Shown piece by piece: positions 33,233 to 42,014 of a stretch of DNA of 64,000 nt. Every line of letters begins with the position of its first letter. The first letter of the stretch is position 1. The notes beneath the pieces were generated by a model. That model saw nothing but the letters and a program-made list of their open reading frames with translations, made no database searches and had not been told where the DNA came from. The stretch spans positions 160,001 through 224,000 of the forward strand of contig OY970325.1 in assembly GCA_963717145.1 (NCBI GenBank), read 5' to 3'. The position numbers were made by a program, and so were the translations under genes. This DNA comes from an uncultured Armatimonadetes bacterium. GTDB taxonomy: Bacteria; Armatimonadota; UBA5829; DTJY01.

Positions 33233-34708
33233 GTAACAGTTCACGCTTGGGGATAACGAGTTTGATCAGGCAGGGAAGAGGACAGACTTGCCTGCGAGCA
33301 GTTGCCTGCATGATTCGAGCATGTCCAGACCCCTGACGTGCCATGTGCCAAACAGACTCATGAGCGTCATCTTTGTCTCGGAACCCTTCGCGCTTCGTGT
33401 GCCTCCGCATACCTTGCGGGCGATCACACACGGCCTCAGCGCTCGTTCTGCGCCATTGTTGTCCGACGGTACTTCCGGGTACTCTACGAACATGAACAAC
33501 TCGTGCAAGCGATCTATGAATCTCTTTGCCAGCGTCTGCTGTGGAGCATCTGAGCCGACATACGGACCTGAGAGCGCCTCTACCTCTTCCTCGAAGAGTA
33601 CTCGCTTCCACTTGCGAACCTCCGCCTTCTTGCTCCGGAACTCCTTTGCCCGATCGTAAACACCCTTCACCGCATCCGCCCATGCGATGACGCCCGTGTC
33701 GTCCGCGTTCCTCTCCTTCAGTTTGTGCAGATCCCTGGCCAGATGTGCCCAGCATATCTGGCGGTCTGCAACTACCGGGTTGTATCCGGCATAGCAATCC
33801 GTTACCACTACCCCTTCGTAGTCGCCGCCTATCGTTTCCTTCGGGATCTCTCCACTCCGACTCCGCCGGTAGATGAAGTATCGCACGTTCTTAGTGGAGA
33901 AGGTCCAGATGTATCCGTTCAGCCCATCCTCTCTCCAGCCCGTCTCGTCTGCGTTTATGTATGGGCTTCCACGTACAAGCGAGAGTAGCCGCTCTTTCTC
34001 TTTTTTGCCACAGTCTGCCACCGTGTGCAATATCTCGCTTATCTCTCCCACAGAGAGCTGAAGACCATACAGAGCCTTCAGCAATCCCTGTATCGTCCGC
34101 TTTGTCATGCGACCTACCGTCGAAAGATACGATATCAGGCTCATCAGGTTCACGCCTACCCGATGCTTGCCTACAACCTGGCCGGAAAGGTCAACCTTCG
34201 GCACATGACTCTTGCCACAGTATCCGCATCTTCTGGCGATGAACCTGTGCTCGACTACGTCCACAGGCACGATGGGGATGTCGATGACTTGGCGGAGTCT
34301 CTTTACCGTGCCCCCTGTGAGCGCTCGGCCGCAGTCCGGACACTTCGAGTGCGCGTGCTCGACTACACGGGTGGGTGTCTCCCGCCTGCGAACGAACGAC
34401 TTCTGGCGCTTCTTTCGTTCGGCTGCCCGGCGCTCTTTGCGGTTCGGCTTGACCCAGTCAGGTATGGGGGTGGAACTGCCGCCACCCGAGAGCTTTGCCT
34501 TGAGATCCTCCAGTTCCTTGACGAGACGCTGGATCATCTCCCGCTGCTCCAGGACAATGCCCACCAATTCTTCTCTTGTCAGACCGTCGAACTCTTCCAC
34601 ACAGGCATGTTCCACCCGCCCGGCCAAGGGTCCTTCCTATTGCAAGCCGACAATGTCGGAAAAACTCTCACTGCTCTCGCAAAATGATCCACAAGCCTGA
34701 ACTGTTAC
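33233..34708 (-). mobile_element. IS66-family single-ORF element, copy B
   Basis: IRs as in copy A; right TSD CTCCGGAC at 34709-34716; 8-bp spacer CCCTGAAA separates it from copy A. Confidence 0.92.
33266..34627 (-). CDS. IS66-family transposase (N-terminus differs from copy A)
   Basis: Identical to copy A from SFVRRRETP onward; start codon uncertain. Confidence 0.9.
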   Translation of the reverse strand: MAGRVEHACVEEFDGLTREELVGIVLEQREMIQRLVKELEDLKAKLSGGGSSTPIPDWVKPNRKERRAAERKKRQKSFVRRRETPTRVVEHAHSKCPDCGRALTGGTVKRLRQVIDIPIVPVDVVEHRFIARRCGYCGKSHVPKVDLSGQVVGKHRVGVNLMSLISYLSTVGRMTKRTIQGLLKALYGLQLSVGEISEILHTVADCGKKEKERLLSLVRGSPYINADETGWREDGLNGYIWTFSTKNVRYFIYRRSRSGEIPKETIGGDYEGVVVTDCYAGYNPVVADRQICWAHLARDLHKLKERNADDTGVIAWADAVKGVYDRAKEFRSKKAEVRKWKRVLFEEEVEALSGPYVGSDAPQQTLAKRFIDRLHELFMFVEYPEVPSDNNGAERALRPCVIARKVCGGTRSAKGSETKMTLMSLFGTWHVRGLDMLESCRQLLAGKSVLFPA

Positions 34709-34816
34709 CTCCGGACTGCCAAGAGGAAACGTCAAATAGGAGGGAGAAGTATTAGCCCGTAAGCCGCTGGTAGTAATCTGGTCGCACGGGATGCTTATTA
34801 CTCAGGAGGCGCGGTG

Positions 34817-35230
34817 ATGGACAACTCGAGGGGATCGCTGTTCAAGTGGTTGTATATCATGGTAGGGGTGTTCGCGGTCAGCTCGTCGCTGGTACGGGTG
34901 TTCCTCCCTAGCCTCCTTGCATTCGCTCTCGCACTCCCGCTCTTTCTGCTATTCCCGGCGATGATGTTCCTTGCGGGCTATTACTGGACCGACCCCCACT
35001 TGCATCCCGACGTCAAGCGGAATCTGTGGATTTTCGGGGGCACCATGGGATTCTTCGCAATGGTGACGTTGCTCGCGATCGTTCCAGCGGCATTGGTACT
35101 CCATCCCCGTCGGAGCTGGGATACAGCCCTCGGTGTCATTGTCTTCTTCAGCCTATTTCCTATCGGCTACGTCTTCGGAAACCGGAAGCGCAGACGATTA
35201 CCTGCTGAGCCCGGAGCTCGGGACGAGTGA
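34817..35230 (+). CDS. Four-TM membrane protein
   Basis: GGAGG RBS; hydrophobic helices. Confidence 0.75.
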   Translation: MDNSRGSLFKWLYIMVGVFAVSSSLVRVFLPSLLAFALALPLFLLFPAMMFLAGYYWTDPHLHPDVKRNLWIFGGTMGFFAMVTLLAIVPAALVLHPRRSWDTALGVIVFFSLFPIGYVFGNRKRRRLPAEPGARDE

Positions 35231-35283
35231 TCACGACCAGCCAGATGCTTTACGCTCGCGCCCGTTCGGTGTATCATTGCGCA

Positions 35284-35874
35284 ATGGACAGGCTGACGAA
35301 ACAGATAGACTTCATCCTCGAGATCGACAAGCTCAAGCACATCCTGCGTCAGAGCAAGGTCACCGACGGCTCGCGGCGGGAGAACGACGTCGAGCACTCG
35401 TGGCATCTGGCGGTGATGACGATGCTCCTCGCCGAGTATGCCGCCGAGCCGATCGACGTGCTGCGAACGGTGAAGATGGTGCTCATCCATGACATCGTCG
35501 AGATCGATGCCGGCGACACGTTCATCTACTCGACGGCGGCTCGTGATGCGGCGGAGGAGGTCGAACGGGCGGCGGCGGACCGGCTCTTCGGCATGCTTCC
35601 GGACGACCAGGCGTCGGAGTTCCGCGCGCTGTGGGACGAGTTCGAGGCCGGGGTCACACCCGAGTCGCGGTTTGCACGGGCGCTCGATCGCCTGCAGCCG
35701 ACCATGCTCAACTATGCCAACAAGGGAGGTCCCTGGCGGGAGCACAAGATTACCGCCGAGCAGGTGACGAGCCTCAACATCCCGGTCCTGCTTCAGGGAG
35801 CGCCGAAGCTCGCAGAGTTCGCCGAGAAGCTCTTTCTCGACGCCCAGGAGAAGGGCTACTTCCATGAAGGATGA
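35284..35874 (+). CDS. HD-domain hydrolase (HDDC2/YfbR-like)
   Basis: ENDVEHSW, IHDIVEIDAGD, DRLQP. Confidence 0.92.
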   Translation: MDRLTKQIDFILEIDKLKHILRQSKVTDGSRRENDVEHSWHLAVMTMLLAEYAAEPIDVLRTVKMVLIHDIVEIDAGDTFIYSTAARDAAEEVERAAADRLFGMLPDDQASEFRALWDEFEAGVTPESRFARALDRLQPTMLNYANKGGPWREHKITAEQVTSLNIPVLLQGAPKLAEFAEKLFLDAQEKGYFHEG

Positions 35875-36274
35875 GGAGATGCGGGAGCGCGCATGTGCGA
35901 TCGTCATCGAGGAGGGGCAGATACTCCTGATGCACCGGCGGAAGGCGGGGATCGAGTACTACACGGTCCCCGGCGGTAAGATCGAGCCGGGCGAGACCCC
36001 CGAGGAGGCATGCTTCCGAGAGGTCCTGGAGGAGACCGGACTAACCGTGGAGATCATGCGGGAGTTCGCGGTCCTGAGCAACCTGGGGCGCACCGAGCAC
36101 TACTTCCGCGCCAGGAAGCTCTCCGGCGACCTCCAACTCGGTGGCCCGGAGATCGAGCGCCAGTCCGAAGCCAACTTCTACGAGCCGATGTGGGTCTCCC
36201 TCGACCGCCTCTCCGAGTACCGCCTCCTGCCGGAGGAGATCAGGGTGATGATTCTTCGGGAGTGTCCGTCATAG
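35864..36274 (+). CDS. NUDIX hydrolase
   Basis: Nudix box PGGKIEPGETPEEACFREVLEETG. Confidence 0.92.
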   Translation: MKDEEMRERACAIVIEEGQILLMHRRKAGIEYYTVPGGKIEPGETPEEACFREVLEETGLTVEIMREFAVLSNLGRTEHYFRARKLSGDLQLGGPEIERQSEANFYEPMWVSLDRLSEYRLLPEEIRVMILRECPS

Positions 36275-36754
36275 CTTCTTCGGGTCGATCGTGCCACTAT
36301 CGTATGTGCCGCGCCACGATCGCGCGGTCACTTGGCCGAGACCAGATGAAGCTACCTTCAGACATCTCTTCAGCTTTGCCGGCTTGCAGTCTCTATCTCC
36401 CATGAAACGTCCATCCTGCCAGTGCTCTATGATCACCAGATCCTCGTCGAGTATCCACCTGATCGCTCGAAGTGCCTTCGAGATCTGGCGTCTGCGGGTT
36501 GCAGCTATTGGGTTTGGGTCGCAGTGAACGTGCCACTTGCCCCACTGGACTATGATCGATCCGTGCATGGTCTCGATGCGGAGCGGGCAGTGAGGGACAA
36601 ACCGTGACGGCACCTCCACGGCGAGATCATCGATCGCCTGCCATTTCAGGCTTGCTGGAACAATGTACTGCTCCCACTCAGGATACCGCTGAAACAGACT
36701 TCGAGCGAACCTCGCAGCGAACGGGTTGAGGTTGTCCGTTATCTCATCGTCCAT
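36269..36754 (-). CDS. Hypothetical protein (paralog of the adjacent gene)
   Basis: FARSLFQRYPEW, EVPSRF, PLRIE, SWRGTYD. Confidence 0.75.
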   Translation of the reverse strand: MDDEITDNLNPFAARFARSLFQRYPEWEQYIVPASLKWQAIDDLAVEVPSRFVPHCPLRIETMHGSIIVQWGKWHVHCDPNPIAATRRRQISKALRAIRWILDEDLVIIEHWQDGRFMGDRDCKPAKLKRCLKVASSGLGQVTARSWRGTYDSGTIDPKKL

Positions 36755-36768
36755 TGTGTTCTCACCAC

Positions 36769-37248
36769 CTACCGATTCTCTGGCCGTCTGCGATCATATG
36801 TGCCATTCCAGGACGTGGCAGTAACGTCGGTATAGTTCGCGTACCAGGGTTCGAGCAGTGCCTCATCCACTCGGTCCGGAGTATACCCACCGGCGGCCTG
36901 GACTCTGTCGTAGATCCCGGCCTCGATGATCACCAACTCCTCTGATAGCAGACCCCGTATGGTCTCCAGTGCTTCCGTGATGAACTGCTCTTCTGTATAC
37001 GAGTCACCCCAATCATCGTAATGCGCATGCCAGCCTCTCCATGAGATGAGGATTCCACCGTTTCCGGCTTCTATACGGAGTGGTCGTCCGGGGAACCGGG
37101 ACGGCACCTCAATGATCAGCCCGTTCCATTGTGGTGATGGGTTGTCTGGAGGCACAACGTACGGCTTCCAGTCAGGATACCGTTCAAACAGGATTCGCGC
37201 AAACGAAGTGGCTAGCGGATCGAGACCCTCCAGTGCTTCACTGTGCAT
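36769..37248 (-). CDS. Hypothetical protein (paralog of the adjacent gene)
   Basis: FARILFERYPDW, EVPSRF, PLRIE, SWNGTYD. Confidence 0.75.
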   Translation of the reverse strand: MHSEALEGLDPLATSFARILFERYPDWKPYVVPPDNPSPQWNGLIIEVPSRFPGRPLRIEAGNGGILISWRGWHAHYDDWGDSYTEEQFITEALETIRGLLSEELVIIEAGIYDRVQAAGGYTPDRVDEALLEPWYANYTDVTATSWNGTYDRRRPENR

Positions 37249-37284
37249 GTCGTTCTCCCTATCAGATTGTTCAGTAACGCCGTC

Positions 37285-39159
37285 CTATCTCGGCTTGGCG
37301 TCCAAGATATTGTCGTGGACGCTGAGTCCCTTACAGTCACGGATGATGATGCCGGTGGGGGAGTGATTGCCGGTCACGAAGCCGTCCGACGCGCCGACGA
37401 TGACTATGCCCTCTCCGTCTGAGAGGCGGACGTCGTTGTCCTGGACGCGCAGGTTGCGCACCTTGCCGGAGATGTCGATCGCGTGTGTCCCCGGCGCGAT
37501 GAGCGTGTTCCCCTCGATCGTGATGAAGTCGGCGTAGTTCGGCGTATCGACCTTGACGATACCTCCGGTCTCGCTGTCCTCGAGCTTGATCTGCGCCACG
37601 TAGTCGCCGATCAGTGCGCAGTTGAACTCGTTGTGTGAGAGGCTGATGCGACTTGCCACTCGGTCCGGAGCCGCGCCCTTGACCCTGAAGTCGCAGACGC
37701 CGGTCGTGTTGCCCTCGATGCGCATGTAATCCACGCGGCCGTCGAAGATGAAGGGCCCATTCAGCACCATGTTGTTCGTGATCGAGAAGCCGTATCCGAC
37801 TCCGAACCCGAAGTCGGGGTTGAGGTAGCCGAACCCCTGGTCCTCGAACTTGAGCGCGTATCCGTCCGCACCGCTTTGAAGCGCCTCACCAAGTTGGCAG
37901 CCCGAGAGCGTGCCCCACTCGATGTCGTGGACCCGGTACTCCTTCGGTTGCTCGAACTCGACGTAGTAGATCGCCCCCGGAGCAGGCGCATTGTCTTTCC
38001 AGTGGATCTTCGTCGCGTGCCGGAGGTCCCCCGCCTCGGTGATCGTCTCGGTCGTGTAGTCCTTTCCCGCGACCCACACCGTGCCGCCGGTCCTCGGCTC
38101 GGAGGCGATGCGGACGACCTTCGCATGCCTCGGGAGGCCGTACCATTCGGTGCGCTGAGCGGGGTTCGGCTCGTCGACGACGGGGTGATTGTGCCACGTG
38201 AGCCAGTCCCAGGTCGTGTCCGGCCGGCGGTAGACCATCCCCTCGGGCGTCGGCTCAAGACGATCGCCCGTACTCCCGAGCGGCCCGGCGTGGATGCCGC
38301 TCACGAACCCCGAGTTGCAGTTGCGGATGAACGGCGCCTGCCCGCCGACCCAGTCGAAGAATACGCTCCCGGCGTTCATTCCGTGCCTGCCGGTCATCTC
38401 GATGTTGTCGAAGTAGTAGCCGCCCTGCCCGCAGTGATTCCCGTTGTCGAGCCGGACGCCGATCTTCGCGTCGAGGCGGTCCATGTCGCGCACCTTCACC
38501 TCGCCGCCAGTGCCGACGATATCGACTCCGACTTCGAAGAACCGGCCGCTCTGGATGCCGGGATCGAGGTTCCGCCCGACGTTCACATCGGTGACGTTCA
38601 CGAAGTCGATGAGGTAGCGGGTCCCGATGCCGTTCGTCTCCACGATGCCGACGTTGTTGTCGGGGTAGTAGCGGATGTTGGCGATCTGGACGGCGGCGGA
38701 TGGGATTATGCCTGCGGGCAGCTTCGGATCGAGCAGGACGCTCAGGGCTCGGAGGCGGCATCCCTTGTCCCTGATGCGGATCGTCGCCGTCGGGACGCGC
38801 TTGCGCTTAGGGTCAGCGGTGAAGCCGAAGTCCCTCCGGCCGTCCGTCTGGATGATGTTCGTGACATCCGCGCCGTCGCCGTAGATGATCTGCCCGGCCC
38901 GCGTGGTCTCGACCGTGCCGTGATTGGGGAGAGCGCCCCCGTGGAAGTAGTAGTCACCCGCGGGGAAGTACACCGCCCCTCCCGCCGGGACAGACTCCAT
39001 GATCCGGGCGATCCGCTTCGTATTCTGCTCGGCCTTCGACGCATCGTTGGCGACGAGCGGCTCCTTTGCCTTCAAGACGTTCACCGCACCGGCGGATATC
39101 ACTTCGGAAGCCAAACATAGTATGGAAAGCAGCACGACGGTCAGCCTTCTGATCTGCAC
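37285..39159 (-). CDS. Secreted right-handed beta-helix (pectate-lyase-superfamily-like) protein
   Basis: GTG start after GGAGG; signal peptide; GGAVYFPAGDY...IYGDG; C-terminal beta-helix repeats. Confidence 0.75.
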   Translation of the reverse strand: MQIRRLTVVLLSILCLASEVISAGAVNVLKAKEPLVANDASKAEQNTKRIARIMESVPAGGAVYFPAGDYYFHGGALPNHGTVETTRAGQIIYGDGADVTNIIQTDGRRDFGFTADPKRKRVPTATIRIRDKGCRLRALSVLLDPKLPAGIIPSAAVQIANIRYYPDNNVGIVETNGIGTRYLIDFVNVTDVNVGRNLDPGIQSGRFFEVGVDIVGTGGEVKVRDMDRLDAKIGVRLDNGNHCGQGGYYFDNIEMTGRHGMNAGSVFFDWVGGQAPFIRNCNSGFVSGIHAGPLGSTGDRLEPTPEGMVYRRPDTTWDWLTWHNHPVVDEPNPAQRTEWYGLPRHAKVVRIASEPRTGGTVWVAGKDYTTETITEAGDLRHATKIHWKDNAPAPGAIYYVEFEQPKEYRVHDIEWGTLSGCQLGEALQSGADGYALKFEDQGFGYLNPDFGFGVGYGFSITNNMVLNGPFIFDGRVDYMRIEGNTTGVCDFRVKGAAPDRVASRISLSHNEFNCALIGDYVAQIKLEDSETGGIVKVDTPNYADFITIEGNTLIAPGTHAIDISGKVRNLRVQDNDVRLSDGEGIVIVGASDGFVTGNHSPTGIIIRDCKGLSVHDNILDAKPR

Positions 39160-39248
39160 GATTCCCTCCACATTCGACGAACGCATTGACATTAGGCCGG
39201 CGACATTATACCATGATGGAAACCGCGCCCGCACAGGAGAACTGCCGG

Positions 39249-40946
39249 ATGAGGATTTCACTGATCGTAATGCTGCTGATACTTGCCGCGCTTCCCCTCG
39301 CCGCCCGGGAGACGCAGTTCAAGGTCCGGGCGCTCTGGGCCGATCCCTCGTCGTTTTCGACGCGCGAGAAGGCCGATGTGCTGCTCGACCAGTGCCGGCG
39401 GGCGAGGATCAACCTCCTGCTGCCCGATGTCATGCTGCACGGGGCTCTCTACCACAAGTCTTCGCACTACCTGCACAAGGTGTTCGCGAGCGACGAGTAC
39501 GATCCGCTCGCTTACCTCACCGAGAAGGCGCACGCTCAGGGGATGGAGGTCCACGCCTGGTACTGCGTCTACTACGACGGCACGGAGGAGATTGAAACCG
39601 TCAAGCCCGAGTGGCTCTGTGCAGACATCGACGGGAAGCCGATGGACCAGGGGTACTTCCTCTCGCCGCAGGTGCCGGGGGTGAACGAGTACCTGCTGTC
39701 GGTGATGGCGGACGGCCTGGCATACGACATCGACGGCATCCACCTCGACTACATCCGCTACTACGGCTCGGGGTACGATTACTCGGACCTCGGGCGCGAG
39801 CGGTTCATCGAGACCCACGGCTTCGACCCGAAGGACTTCCTCGATCACGGGGAGCGCATCGTCCCGGATGAGCCGTTTCCCGTGCGAGTGCTCCATGCCG
39901 AGCGGCACAAGGCCCGCGTCTGGGAGCACACATGGACCGAGAGCCTGATGGACCGCGCCGGCCTCGGATTCTCGTTCATCTCCGAGAAGCCGGAACTCGT
40001 CGATGCCCTCCGAGCGTCGGGACTGCTGGTGCTCTGCGCCGTCTATGATGTCTCGCCGGAGATGACTCAGGCCATCGAGCGGTACGTCGCGCGCGGTGGG
40101 AGCGTCGTCTGCATCGACGGCCTGTCCGCGAAGGCCGATCCGCGCCTCTTCAAGCTCTTCGGGGTGAAGCGAGGGAGTGCGTGGCTCTCGACCGACTGGC
40201 GTTCGATCAAGGCGGAGGGTAGTCATCCGCTCACGAAATGCCTCCCCCGCGAGAATGTGAAGGTGAACGTCAACATCCCGCCGGGACTCGATGGCGGCAA
40301 GGTCGTCGCACGCTTCGACACCGGTGAGCCGGCGGTGATCGTGAACGGTCGGACCGCGCTCGTCTGCTTCAACCCCTGCACGCCGAACACAGGCGGTCCG
40401 TCGCTGATGGTGCGCGGGATCGTGGAGTGGCTGCGCGCCGAATCCGGCGTGACCTCGGACGCCGATCCGATGCGGGCGAAGCGCTGGGAGTGGGTCCAAT
40501 ACAAGTGCAGATCGATCACCGACTTGGTGCGCGGCGTACACGAGGCGGTCAAGGCGAAGAGCCCGGGCCTGATGGTCTCGGCGGCGGGTGGGTTCAATGC
40601 CACCGAGCCGTATGTCATCTCCCGCGACGGACAGGCATGGCTCACCGAGGGGCTGATGGATTTCGTCTGCCCGATGGACTACTGCGACGACATCCGAGAC
40701 CTTCAGGCGCTCCTCGATCTGCACCGCGCGTCCGTCCCGCCCGAGCAGCTCGCGACCTTCTACCCCGGCCTCTCGCTCTATACCACGAAGACGATCGGCG
40801 GCAAGAAGACGACGGTCTCCCAGGACGCGAAGGTCGTCCGCGAGCAGCTCGACCTCCTCCGCCGTGAGGGCTACCGAGGCTTCACCCTCTTCTGCTCGGC
40901 CCAGCTCACGGATGAGCAGATCAAGGTGATCGCGGCGGCGGAGTGA
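39249..40946 (+). CDS. GHL10 (DUF187)-like glycoside hydrolase with an inserted domain
   Basis: YDPLAYL..KAH..GMEVHAW, KPEW, YDIDGIHLDYIRY, DFVCPMDY. Confidence 0.85.
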   Translation: MRISLIVMLLILAALPLAARETQFKVRALWADPSSFSTREKADVLLDQCRRARINLLLPDVMLHGALYHKSSHYLHKVFASDEYDPLAYLTEKAHAQGMEVHAWYCVYYDGTEEIETVKPEWLCADIDGKPMDQGYFLSPQVPGVNEYLLSVMADGLAYDIDGIHLDYIRYYGSGYDYSDLGRERFIETHGFDPKDFLDHGERIVPDEPFPVRVLHAERHKARVWEHTWTESLMDRAGLGFSFISEKPELVDALRASGLLVLCAVYDVSPEMTQAIERYVARGGSVVCIDGLSAKADPRLFKLFGVKRGSAWLSTDWRSIKAEGSHPLTKCLPRENVKVNVNIPPGLDGGKVVARFDTGEPAVIVNGRTALVCFNPCTPNTGGPSLMVRGIVEWLRAESGVTSDADPMRAKRWEWVQYKCRSITDLVRGVHEAVKAKSPGLMVSAAGGFNATEPYVISRDGQAWLTEGLMDFVCPMDYCDDIRDLQALLDLHRASVPPEQLATFYPGLSLYTTKTIGGKKTTVSQDAKVVREQLDLLRREGYRGFTLFCSAQLTDEQIKVIAAAE

Positions 40947-41048
40947 CCAAGTCCTGCCTGTGAGTGTCGTCGGGATATTCGATGCCGAGTGGAGGCATAG
41001 CGAGTACCGAGTGAATAGTGAATGGTGACCAGACGGGAGGTAGAATGG

Positions 41049-41804
41049 ATGCAAGCTGAATTTATGCACATTGACTGGTATGCGCCGAGCGCAGGTGGAA
41101 TCACATCTCTTTGGACGAGACTGAACCAGAGTTCCAGCCTGACACTCAGAGGACGCGCGGAGAACTTGCAAGGGACCGAGACATCTGAGCTTGCACTCGC
41201 CTTCATTACCAAACTGGAAATGCTCCGGGAGATCGTCGGTCGGTTGGATGAGGAGATTCGCCAGCTAAATGACAGTGTAGCCAATGATGCTTCGGGCGAG
41301 GTCGACAAGTGCATAGCCGAGGAATGGGTCTACACACTGCCAGATCCGCGTTTGCCATTCCGGGTCTTGGCTGATCTGGACTCTTTCCTCTACCAGACCA
41401 AATCTGCGTGCGAGGTGATGGCCGGGTTCGCGATGGCCCTCTTCCGTGACATTCTTGGCAAAAGGCCGGGGATCAAGGCGGTCAAGAAGGAGTTTATCCA
41501 GTTTCTCAGTGATGCCAGTGTTGACATGGGGTGGTACACTTCACTGGAGAAGCTACGTAACCTCTTCATACACAATACTGCCCCCTGGCTAGCAGTAAAG
41601 CGGATCAGTGACCAGCCTGTGAGGTTTGATCTAGTTCTTCTCAAGAAGAACGTGCGAACCTTCGATAACCCGGATGAATGGGTAGAGTTAGATGAGTACC
41701 GGAAGATCCATAGTGGGTTCACCGAGTCGCTCCCTGTCTACCTGCAATGGCTACGAGTGCATATCGAGGAGTTCGAGAAGAGAGAAGCAGCGGGTCAGCA
41801 GTGA
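41049..41804 (+). CDS. Hypothetical helical protein, possible HEPN domain
   Basis: Long ORF with lower GC than neighbours; DSFLYQTKS..E and LRNLFIH (Rx4H). Confidence 0.65.
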   Translation: MQAEFMHIDWYAPSAGGITSLWTRLNQSSSLTLRGRAENLQGTETSELALAFITKLEMLREIVGRLDEEIRQLNDSVANDASGEVDKCIAEEWVYTLPDPRLPFRVLADLDSFLYQTKSACEVMAGFAMALFRDILGKRPGIKAVKKEFIQFLSDASVDMGWYTSLEKLRNLFIHNTAPWLAVKRISDQPVRFDLVLLKKNVRTFDNPDEWVELDEYRKIHSGFTESLPVYLQWLRVHIEEFEKREAAGQQ

Positions 41805-41940
41805 ACGGCAGGATGATGTTGCGGCGGGTGTCCAACTCCTGCCCCGACACCGTAAGCTCAAGACTGTGCGTGCCATACCCGCCGCGATGGCCGCCCCTAA
41901 GACGGCTTCCAGGTAACATTACCAGTTTTCCATTTGGCTA

Positions 41941-41969
41941 TTGACCGCTTAGGTGAGGCGTGATATCAT
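41941..41969 (+). promoter_or_regulatory. sigma70 promoter of the PEP-CTERM gene
   Basis: TTGACC-N17-TATCAT, with TG extension. Confidence 0.6.
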
Positions 41970-42014
41970 GAGACGTGTGGCCGCGAACAGGGCCAACAAT
42001 GGGAGGAAGGGCGA

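Noticed and set aside
39258-41171. Long antisense ORFs (e.g. 637 aa here; also 11408-12682, 16607-17938, 52618-54021, 60706-62076)
   Set aside because: Shadow ORFs opposite well-supported genes in GC-rich DNA, with no motifs of their own.
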